Source: Paenibacillus antri (GTDB lineage: Bacteria > Bacillota > Bacilli > Paenibacillales > YIM-B00363). From it: a stretch of 64,000 nucleotides of DNA. The notes under the pieces are model-generated. The model ran no database searches and had not been told where the DNA came from. It saw only the letters and a program-made list of their open reading frames with translations. The translations under genes were made by a program, and so were the position numbers. Each line of letters opens with the position of its first letter. Position 1 is the first letter of the stretch. The stretch covers positions 212,542 through 276,541 of the forward strand of contig NZ_VCIW01000004.1 of the NCBI RefSeq assembly GCF_005765165.1, given 5' to 3'. Shown here piece after piece: positions 56,616 to 64,000 of the stretch.

Positions 56616-58907
56616 ATGCTGCTGCATCGGACATCGAGCGGCGCGCGGTGGCGCGTCCGCCCGGACGGGAAAGAGAAGGTGACGGGGCGGCTCGCGTATT
56701 TGACGGATCTACAGGCGGAACGCATGCTGTACGGCCGCGTGCTGCGCAGCCCGTATCCCCATGCATGGGTATTGTCGATCCGCACGGAGGCGGCCGAACG
56801 GCTGCCCGGCGTGCGAGCAGTCGCGACGTGGAAGGACGTGCCGGGACTGAATAAGTTCGGTATCGCCTTTCCGCACCAGCCGGTATTTTGTCGGGATCGA
56901 GTCCTCTACGTCGGCGACGCGATCGCCGCGGTCGCGGCGGACAGCGACGAGATCGCGGAGCGGGCGCTGTCGCTCATTGAAGTCGATTACGAAGAACTCC
57001 CGCCGATCGACGATCCGGAGGCGGCGCTGCGGCCGGAGTCGCCGAAGCTGCATCCGGACGGCAATGTGCTGCACCGCACGGAGTACCGCATAGGCGATCC
57101 GGACGCCGCGTTCGAGCACTGCGCGGTCGTCGTAGAAGAGACGTACTATACACCGAGACAGATGCATACGTACATGGAAACGGAAGGCGGTCTGTTCGTA
57201 CCGGAGCCGGACGGTCGCTTGACCTCGTATTCGGCGACCCAACACGGTCTTATGGACCTGATGCAGCTCTCCCGCATCCTCGCGATCCCGGAAGAGCGCA
57301 TTCGCGTCGTCTCCAGTCCGATCGGCGGCAGCTTCGGCGGTAAGGACGAGTTGAACGTGCAGCCCTACGGCGCCATTCTCGCGCTGAAGACCGGACGGCC
57401 GGTCAAACTGCATAACTCCCGGACCGAGTCCGTGCGCGCGGGGTTGAAGCGACACCCGATGAAGATCGCGATGAAGACGGGCGTCGATGCCGACGGACGG
57501 CTCGTCGCTCACCGCGTGCGCATCGTCTCCGATACGGGGGCGTACGCGACGCTCGGCGCCGAGGTGCTGAATTTCGCCACCGAACACGTCGTCGGTCCGT
57601 ACCGGATCGAGCATGTCGACGTCGAAGGGGTCGCGGTCTACACGAACAACGGCGTCTCCGGCGAATTTCGAGGCTTCGGGGGCAATCAAGCCATCTATGC
57701 GCTCGAAGGGCAGATGGACCGGCTCGCCGCCGCGCTCGGCATGGAGACTTGGACGTTCCGCAGCTTGAACCTGCGACAATACGGCGACCCGGGGCCGCTC
57801 GGACAGCGCATCGCCCAAACCCGCGGCGCCGAACAGGTGTGGGAGGCGTTGACGAAGAGCGAGCTGTATCGGAGCGGCTCCGGAACCCCTTCGGACGCAA
57901 GGCCATGGATTCGTACCGGCGTAGGGGCGGCCATCGCCATGCATGGCGCCGGGCTCGGCTTCGGCATTCCGGACCCGGGCGGCGGCGTGCTGCGATTGGC
58001 GGAGGACGGCAAGATCGAAGCGATCTTCGGCTACGAGGAGTTCGGGCAGGGGCTGCTCGCGACGCTCGAGCAGATGATGACGGAACAATTCGGCTTCGCC
58101 GCGGACGATCTGCGGCTTGTGATCGGCGACACGGACGTCGTGCCGAACAGCGGCTCGAGCACGGCTTCGCGGGCGACCAGCATGATGTGGATGGCGCTTC
58201 GGCGGCTGCGTCCCGTCTTCGAGGAGCGGCTGCTCGCCGAGGCGAGCGCCGCTGCGGGGCTCCCTGCGTCGGCGCTCCGCCTCGGCGCCGGCGGCGTTCG
58301 GGCGGCGGACGAGGAAGGCGCTATCGTAGTTTCCTACGAACGCCTCGCCCAAACCGTGCGGGAGCCGATCCGCTGCGAGACGAAGCTGCACTATCCGCTG
58401 ACGCCCGACGAACGGGTCGGCGCCCACTTCTTGTATACGTACGCAGCGGCGGCCGTTAAGGTCGAGGTCGACACGTTGACCGGCCGCGTCCGGGTGCTGG
58501 ACCAGTACCATGCGGTGGCCGCGGGACCTGTCGCCAATCCGCAGGGGTATCTCGGACAGATCGAAGGCGGCAGCGGCATGGCGATCGGTTTCACGATCAT
58601 GGAAGACGCCGTTATGAGAGAAAGCCGGTACATGACGACGAATCTGGATACGTATTTGGTGCCGACGGTACTGGATATGAAAGGTTCGATCCAAGTGGAA
58701 GCGATCGAGGAGCTTCCGGAGGACGATGCCTACGGACCGCGCGGCATCGGAGAAATCGGGACGGTTGCGCTGGCGCCGGCGATTTGCGAAGCGGTCTATC
58801 AGGCGGTCGGCCGCCGCTTGGCGAAGCTGCCGATCGACCCGGCCGAGCTGCAGGAAATGCCGGCGTTCACCCGCGACAAGGGAGGAGGAACCGACCATGA
58901 TGGATAA
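56616..58907 (+). CDS. Xanthine dehydrogenase molybdopterin-binding large subunit
   Basis: a/b-hammerhead and MoCo-binding domains. 763 aa. The long minus ORF 56709-59087 is its antisense shadow. Confidence 0.85.
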   Translation: MLLHRTSSGARWRVRPDGKEKVTGRLAYLTDLQAERMLYGRVLRSPYPHAWVLSIRTEAAERLPGVRAVATWKDVPGLNKFGIAFPHQPVFCRDRVLYVGDAIAAVAADSDEIAERALSLIEVDYEELPPIDDPEAALRPESPKLHPDGNVLHRTEYRIGDPDAAFEHCAVVVEETYYTPRQMHTYMETEGGLFVPEPDGRLTSYSATQHGLMDLMQLSRILAIPEERIRVVSSPIGGSFGGKDELNVQPYGAILALKTGRPVKLHNSRTESVRAGLKRHPMKIAMKTGVDADGRLVAHRVRIVSDTGAYATLGAEVLNFATEHVVGPYRIEHVDVEGVAVYTNNGVSGEFRGFGGNQAIYALEGQMDRLAAALGMETWTFRSLNLRQYGDPGPLGQRIAQTRGAEQVWEALTKSELYRSGSGTPSDARPWIRTGVGAAIAMHGAGLGFGIPDPGGGVLRLAEDGKIEAIFGYEEFGQGLLATLEQMMTEQFGFAADDLRLVIGDTDVVPNSGSSTASRATSMMWMALRRLRPVFEERLLAEASAAAGLPASALRLGAGGVRAADEEGAIVVSYERLAQTVREPIRCETKLHYPLTPDERVGAHFLYTYAAAAVKVEVDTLTGRVRVLDQYHAVAAGPVANPQGYLGQIEGGSGMAIGFTIMEDAVMRESRYMTTNLDTYLVPTVLDMKGSIQVEAIEELPEDDAYGPRGIGEIGTVALAPAICEAVYQAVGRRLAKLPIDPAELQEMPAFTRDKGGGTDHDG

Positions 58908-59406
58908 AGCGAACGACGCCGGCTTGTATCGGTTAGAGTGCGAGATCAACGAGACGCCGATCACGATCGACGTCCTCCCGTCGCGCCGGCTCCTCGGGGT
59001 GCTTCGCGATGAATTGGCGCTAACCGGCACGAAGCGGTCCTGCGAGCTCGGTCGCTGCGGCGCCTGCATGGTGCTGCTCGACGGCAAGCCCGTTAACGCA
59101 TGCCTCGCGATGGCCTACCAATGCGCAGGCGCACGCATTACGACGATCGAGGGAATCGGCAATCCGGAGACGGGGCTCGACCCGGTGCAGCAAGCGTTCC
59201 TTGAGGAAGGCGGCTTCCAATGCGGGTACTGCACCCCCGGCATGGTCGTCTCGGCGAAGGCGCTCTTGGCGGAGAATCCGTCGCCGACCGACGCGGAGAT
59301 CGAAGAAGCGTTATCCGGCAACATTTGCCGATGCACGGGGTACGCCAGCATCTTGAGGGCGATACGCCGCGCGATCGAATCGGGAAAGGGGAGACGGCAT
59401 GACTGA
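58897..59406 (+). CDS. Xanthine dehydrogenase (2Fe-2S)-binding small subunit
   Basis: Ferredoxin-type Cys cluster CELGRCGAC and a second cluster (…QCGYCTPG…NICRCTGY…). RBS GGGAGGAGG. Overlaps the large-subunit stop. Confidence 0.8.
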   Translation: MMDKANDAGLYRLECEINETPITIDVLPSRRLLGVLRDELALTGTKRSCELGRCGACMVLLDGKPVNACLAMAYQCAGARITTIEGIGNPETGLDPVQQAFLEEGGFQCGYCTPGMVVSAKALLAENPSPTDAEIEEALSGNICRCTGYASILRAIRRAIESGKGRRHD

Positions 59407-59890
59407 CGGATCGAGGGAGCAGACGCTCCGTTATTTACGTATGGCGGTCGAAGTGTCGCGGCGCGCCCGAGCCATGGGGAATACGCCGTTCGGGGCGATT
59501 CTGGTCGACAAGGACGGCAACGTCGTGCTTGAGCAGGGAAATATCGAAATTACGGAATCGAACTGCACGGGGCATGCGGAGACGACGTTGATGGAAGCCG
59601 CTTCGAAGCGGTACACGAAGGCGGAGCTGCGGACCATGACGATGTATACGACCGTCGAGCCGTGCGCGATGTGCGCCGGAGCGATGTATTGGGGGAATCT
59701 CGGGAAGGTCGTATACGGCGTATCGGAGAAGACGCTTCTGGCGCTTACCGGCGACGACGAGACGAACCCTACGTTCGACTTGCCATGTCGGGAAGTGTTC
59801 GCCCGTGGGCAGAAGCCGATCGTCGTGGAGGGTCCCGTTCCCGAGGTAGAATCGGACGTCCTGGCCGTGCATGAGGGGTATTGGTCATGA
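59399..59890 (+). CDS. CDA-fold nucleoside/base deaminase, probable guanine deaminase (GuaD-like)
   Basis: Zinc motifs HAETTLM and PCAMCAGAM. ~160 aa, as for B. subtilis GuaD. Confidence 0.7.
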   Translation: MTDGSREQTLRYLRMAVEVSRRARAMGNTPFGAILVDKDGNVVLEQGNIEITESNCTGHAETTLMEAASKRYTKAELRTMTMYTTVEPCAMCAGAMYWGNLGKVVYGVSEKTLLALTGDDETNPTFDLPCREVFARGQKPIVVEGPVPEVESDVLAVHEGYWS

Positions 59891-60387
59891 GCATACCGCT
59901 GGCCGCGCTCAACGCGATGGGCAAGGAGATGTTCGTCGAAACGCTGAAGGACGTCTTCGAGCATTCTCCGTGGGTGGCGGAAGGCGCGTACGCCGCGGCG
60001 CCGTTCGATTCGGTCGCTTCGCTGCGCAGCGCCATGATGGACGTCGTTCGGAACGCGGGGGAAGACAAGGTGCTCGGATTGTTTCGGGCGCATCCCGACC
60101 TCGCGACTCGTCTCGCGATCAGCGATTGGTCCGCGGCGGAACAGCAAGGCGCCGGGCTGGATCGTCTTTCCCCCGCGGAATTCGAAGCATTCTCCGAGCT
60201 GAACCGCGCGTACGTGGGGAAATTCGGATTTCCGTTCTTGTTCGCGGTCCGGGGAAAGACGAAGGAGGACATTGAAGAGGCGATGCGGATGCGGCTGCCG
60301 CGTTCGGCTTTCGAGGAGAGGGAGCAAGCGCTCCGGGAAATCGAGAAGATCGCCGGCTTTCGTCTGGTTGATTTAATAGAAGCTTAG
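59887..60387 (+). CDS. uraD: 2-oxo-4-hydroxy-4-carboxy-5-ureidoimidazoline (OHCU) decarboxylase
   Basis: OHCU_decarbox family (...FVETLKDVFEHSPWVAE..., ...AHPDLA...). Confidence 0.8.
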   Translation: MSIPLAALNAMGKEMFVETLKDVFEHSPWVAEGAYAAAPFDSVASLRSAMMDVVRNAGEDKVLGLFRAHPDLATRLAISDWSAAEQQGAGLDRLSPAEFEAFSELNRAYVGKFGFPFLFAVRGKTKEDIEEAMRMRLPRSAFEEREQALREIEKIAGFRLVDLIEA

Positions 60388-60415
60388 AGGACGATCCAGG
60401 GGGAGGAAACCGCGT

Positions 60416-61348
60416 ATGTTGGAACCCGTGAACGGACGCACCATGTATTACGGCAAGGGCGACGTCTTGGTCTATCGCACCTATGCGCGACCTTTGGCGG
60501 TGGCGGGCATTCCGGAGTCGGGATTCGCCGGCTGCGACAATGTCATTTTCGCGCATAACATTACATTCGCCGTGACGGGGGAGGCGTTCTTGCCTTCGTT
60601 CACGGAAGGGGACAACTCCATGGTCGTGGCGACGGATTCGATGAAAAACTTCATCCTGCGGCAGACGGCGGAATTCGAGGGCGGCACGACGGAGGCGCTG
60701 CTTGCGTTCTTGGCTCGGCGCTTCTTGGAAAAGTACCCTCACGCGACGAGCGTCGCGCTGACGGGCGACCGCCTGCCGTTCGACGGCGTGCCCGGCAGCG
60801 ATCTTGTGTTCCGCCGTTCGCGCAACGATCGCGCTTCGGCGACGCTGACGGTGCGTCGGACCGGCGACGGCAGCTTAGGCATCTCGTCGCATGCGTGCGC
60901 GCTCAAGGACCTCCAGCTGATCAAGGTCAGCGGCAGCTCCTTCCACGGCTTCGTGCGGGACGAATATACGACGCTGCCGGACAGTTACGATCGTCCGCTG
61001 TTCATCTTCCTCGATATCGGTTGGATCTATGAGGATCCTTCGGACGCCATAGCGCCGGACCGGGGGCGGTACGTCGCCGCCGAACAGGTGCGCGACATCG
61101 CTCAGGCTTTGTTCCACGAACGCAACAGCCCGTCGATCCAATCTCTGATTTATCACATCGGCTTGCGCGTGCTGGAACGGTTCCCTCAGCTGCGCGAGGT
61201 GCGCTTCGAATCGAACAACCGCACGTGGGAGACGGTGGTAGACGCCGTCGACGGAGCCCGGGGCGGCGTCTTCACGGAGCCGCGTCCGCCGTACGGCTTC
61301 CAAGGCTTTTCCGTGACGAAAGCCGATCTGCCGGGGAGCGGACGATGA
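60416..61348 (+). CDS. pucL: Urate oxidase (factor-independent uricase)
   Basis: Tandem T-fold uricase motifs (YGKGDVLVYRT, VVATDSMKNFI). Confidence 0.85.
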   Translation: MLEPVNGRTMYYGKGDVLVYRTYARPLAVAGIPESGFAGCDNVIFAHNITFAVTGEAFLPSFTEGDNSMVVATDSMKNFILRQTAEFEGGTTEALLAFLARRFLEKYPHATSVALTGDRLPFDGVPGSDLVFRRSRNDRASATLTVRRTGDGSLGISSHACALKDLQLIKVSGSSFHGFVRDEYTTLPDSYDRPLFIFLDIGWIYEDPSDAIAPDRGRYVAAEQVRDIAQALFHERNSPSIQSLIYHIGLRVLERFPQLREVRFESNNRTWETVVDAVDGARGGVFTEPRPPYGFQGFSVTKADLPGSGR

Positions 61349-61698
61349 GCGGCCGGCTGACGACGCATGTGTTGGATACGGCGCATGGCCGCCCCGCCGC
61401 CGGCATGAGGCTGCAGCTGTGGCGGAGAGAGGCGGGGGCTCCGGCGCTGCTGGTGGCGGTTGCGGAGACGAACGCGGACGGCCGTCCTGACGCGCCGCTC
61501 CTCTCCGGCGCGTCGATGACGCGCGGTACGTATGAGCTCGTGTTTTTTGTCGGCTCGTATTATGCGCGGGTGTCTCCGGGGAGCAAGGCGTTCCTCGACG
61601 AGGTGCCGGTTCGGTTTACGATGGATGCGCCGGAAGAGCACTATCATGTGCCCTTGCTGGTCGCGCCGGGAGGCTACAGCACCTACCGCGGAAGTTAA
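61345..61698 (+). CDS. uraH: 5-hydroxyisourate hydrolase (transthyretin-like)
   Basis: HVLDTAHGRPAAGM... and the C-terminal YRGS tetrapeptide hallmark. ATGA overlap with the uricase stop. Confidence 0.85.
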   Translation: MSGRLTTHVLDTAHGRPAAGMRLQLWRREAGAPALLVAVAETNADGRPDAPLLSGASMTRGTYELVFFVGSYYARVSPGSKAFLDEVPVRFTMDAPEEHYHVPLLVAPGGYSTYRGS

Positions 61699-61714
61699 GG
61701 AAGGAGGAGTCGGG

Positions 61715-63073
61715 ATGGCGACTTACGAGCTAGTCGTTACCGGCGGATTCGTCGTCTGCGAGAGCGGCGGCGTGCGGGATATCGACATCGGCGTGAACGG
61801 CGGCAGGATCGCCGCCTTGGCTCCGTCGTTGTCGGGCGAATCGACGATCGACGCGGCCGGCTGTTACGTGCTGCCGGGGATGGTCGACGCGCACGTACAT
61901 TTCAACGAGCCGAATTTCGGACACTGGGAGGGGTTCCGGACGGGTTCCGCCTCGCTGGCCGCCGGCGGGATCACGACGTATATCGACATGCCGCTGAACG
62001 GCAATCCCCCGACCGTGACGCCGGCGGCGTTGGCGGCGAAGGCAAGCCTTGCCGAGGGCGCTTCCGCGGTCGATTACGCTTTCTGGGGCGGTCTGGTACC
62101 GGGGCATCTGGACGAGATCGAAGCGATGGCGTCGCTCGGCGTCGTCGGGTTCAAGGCGTTCATGTCCAGCCCGGGCGGAGAGGGCGACGGCCGGTTCCGC
62201 GAGGTAGACGATGCGACCTTATTCGAAGGCATGCGGCGGATCGCCTCGATCGGCGGGCTGCTCGCGCTTCATGCGGAGAGCGATTCCATCACATCCCTCC
62301 TCGCGGCGGATGCGCTGGCGAGCGGCCGGACGAGCGCGCGCGACTTCGCGGCGTCGCGTCCGATCGCCGCGGAGACGGAGGCGGTGGGAAGGGCGCTCGT
62401 ATTCGCGGAGCGCGCCGGGTGCCGGTTGCACTTCGTGCATATCAGCAGCGCCGACGCCGTCCGCCTGATCGACGCCGCGAAGCGGCGGGGTCAAGACGTC
62501 ACCGTCGAGACCTGTCCGCATTACTTGACGTTGACCGAAGACGATATGGCGTCTCTTGGAGCCGTCGCGAAATGCGCGCCTCCGCTGCGGAGCGACTCCG
62601 AACGGCGGCAATTGTGGGAACAAACGGCGGCGGGCCGTATCGATCTGATCGCCTCGGACCATTCGCCCTGCCCGCCCGAGCTGAAGGAAGGTTCCTTTTT
62701 CTCGGCGTGGGGAGGGATATCGGGGGCGCAGAGCAGCTTGGAGCTGCTCTTCGACGAAGCGGTGCTGCGCCGCGGTTTGCCGCCGACGCTCGTCGCCGAG
62801 CTGACGGCGGCGGGGCCTGCCCGACGGTTCGGGCTCTCGGACCGCAAGGGCGCGATCGCGGTCGGCCTCGACGCGGATCTGGCCGTGCTCGACCCGAACC
62901 GAGCGTACACGCTGCAAGCGTCGGATTTACGGTACCGACACCGTCACAGCCCCTATCTCGGCAGGACGTTGGGCTGTAAGATTCGGGAGACCTTGCTTCG
63001 CGGGGAGAGCGTATATCAGGAGGAAACAGGGAACGTCGTCCCGGGCGGCGGACGTTTCCTCCGGAAATCTTGA
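61715..63073 (+). CDS. allB: Allantoinase (cyclic amidohydrolase)
   Basis: VLPGMVDAHVHFNEP metal-binding motif. 452 aa. RBS AAGGAGG. Confidence 0.85.
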   Translation: MATYELVVTGGFVVCESGGVRDIDIGVNGGRIAALAPSLSGESTIDAAGCYVLPGMVDAHVHFNEPNFGHWEGFRTGSASLAAGGITTYIDMPLNGNPPTVTPAALAAKASLAEGASAVDYAFWGGLVPGHLDEIEAMASLGVVGFKAFMSSPGGEGDGRFREVDDATLFEGMRRIASIGGLLALHAESDSITSLLAADALASGRTSARDFAASRPIAAETEAVGRALVFAERAGCRLHFVHISSADAVRLIDAAKRRGQDVTVETCPHYLTLTEDDMASLGAVAKCAPPLRSDSERRQLWEQTAAGRIDLIASDHSPCPPELKEGSFFSAWGGISGAQSSLELLFDEAVLRRGLPPTLVAELTAAGPARRFGLSDRKGAIAVGLDADLAVLDPNRAYTLQASDLRYRHRHSPYLGRTLGCKIRETLLRGESVYQEETGNVVPGGGRFLRKS

Positions 63074-63086
63074 GGAGGGGACGCGA

Positions 63087-64000
63087 ATGGACACAGTAAA
63101 TGTCTTACGAGCTGCGCCCTTAATGCACGACGTACTGCGCGACTTGGCGTCCTTCAGCGCGGACGGCCCCGGCGTCACCCGCCTGCTCTACAGCCGCGAA
63201 TGGGGAGAGGCGCAGCAGTATTTGATGCGGCGCATGACGACGCTTGGCTTCGACGTTCGCTGCGACCGCGTCGGCAACGTGTACGGACGTGTAGAGGGAG
63301 CGCGCTACGGCGCTCCTGCCGTCCTGACCGGATCGCATGTGGATACGGTGCGATGCGGAGGCGTCTTCGACGGCGCTTACGGCATCGCGGCCGGTATCGC
63401 GGCGCTCGATTGGCTGCGCCGCACGTATGGACCTCCGATTCGACCGCTGGAGATCGTCTCCTTCTGCGAGGAGGAAGGGAGCCGGTTCCCGCTTTCCTAT
63501 TGGGGCTCCGGCAATGTGACCGGTGCGTACGACCTTGCGGAAGCGCCTCGGCACATCGACTTCGCGGGGATCTCCATGCAGGAAGCTATGGTCGCGGCAG
63601 GCTACGGCCGAGAGGACCAGGCCTTGCCGAGGCGGACCGACATTGCCGCCTTCGTGGAGGCGCATATCGAACAGGGCGTGACGCTCGAACGCCTCGGGCA
63701 CGACGTCGGTATCGTGACGGCCATCGTCGGGCAGAAGCGGTTTATTGTTAAGCTGACCGGGGAAGCGAACCACGCCGGCACGACGCCGATGACGATGCGG
63801 CGGGACCCGTGCGCGGGCGCCGCCGAGATCGTCGCCAAGCTGGAGCGAATGGCGCTTCAAGCCGGCGACCCGCTCGTCGCGACGGTCGGTCGATTGGAGC
63901 TGTCGCCGAATACGCCGAATGTCATTCCCGGCTCCGTCACGTTCACGATCGACGTGCGGCATGCGGAAGAAGCGACGTTATCCGCCTTCGGCGATGCGGT
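63087..64000 (+). CDS. allC: Allantoate amidohydrolase / M20-family Zn hydrolase (AllC/PucF-like), 5' partial (runs off the window)
   Basis: M20 signatures (GSHVDTV..., ...SFCEEEGSRF...). No stop before 64000. The minus ORF 63120-63962 is antisense. Confidence 0.75.
   Translation, partial: MDTVNVLRAAPLMHDVLRDLASFSADGPGVTRLLYSREWGEAQQYLMRRMTTLGFDVRCDRVGNVYGRVEGARYGAPAVLTGSHVDTVRCGGVFDGAYGIAAGIAALDWLRRTYGPPIRPLEIVSFCEEEGSRFPLSYWGSGNVTGAYDLAEAPRHIDFAGISMQEAMVAAGYGREDQALPRRTDIAAFVEAHIEQGVTLERLGHDVGIVTAIVGQKRFIVKLTGEANHAGTTPMTMRRDPCAGAAEIVAKLERMALQAGDPLVATVGRLELSPNTPNVIPGSVTFTIDVRHAEEATLSAFGDA

Noticed and set aside
56709-59087. 792-aa minus-strand ORF
   Set aside because: Antisense to the xanthine dehydrogenase large subunit. 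The same applies to the other long minus ORFs at 9001-10269, 13987-15147, 33400-35247, 52237-53649, 62219-62917 and 63120-63962.
1-64000. CRISPR arrays, rRNA, canonical tRNA genes, transposases or integrases
   Set aside because: No regularly spaced direct repeats, no rRNA-like segments, and no recombinase-like ORFs were seen. AT-rich stretches are confined to promoter regions.

Overview
This is a GC-rich (~60%) Firmicutes chromosome window. Its content (LplABC-type sugar ABC systems with a YesM/YesN-like two-component pair, SLH surface protein, SleB-like hydrolase) points to Paenibacillaceae, perhaps Paenibacillus or Cohnella. Nearly all genes are on the + strand; the long minus-strand ORFs in the track are antisense shadows of real genes. 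Main blocks, 5' to 3': (1) a glycan-utilisation neighbourhood (1-7700) with a β-helix protein, NagA, isomerase, SDR and a ManD-like dehydratase; (2) a DNA glycosylase, a large PPDK_N-type ATP-grasp protein and a cortex-lytic hydrolase; (3) a sensor kinase, AraC-type response regulator and LplABC transporter; (4) a MocR regulator, metNIQ and a CueP-like protein; (5) nitronate monooxygenase plus a NitT/TauT transporter; (6) rtcB, then a ~500-nt structured intergenic region carrying a tRNA-like T-arm hairpin, then a tightly coupled SPFH/band-7 and pol-β nucleotidyltransferase pair; (7) GH92 mannosidase, SDR, a 1066-aa SLH protein, a putative flippase and an MCP; (8) an accessory islet of small genes, a trypsin-like peptidase, glutathione peroxidase and a DUF4157 (HExxH) toxin-like protein with a coupled acidic partner; (9) a complete purine catabolism cluster whose PucR-family regulator is frameshifted, with ATTACAT repeats in its AT-rich upstream region. 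No CRISPR array, rRNA, canonical tRNA or obvious transposase was seen. The most unusual candidates are the rtcB / structured RNA / SPFH / nucleotidyltransferase module and the DUF4157 toxin-immunity-like pair.
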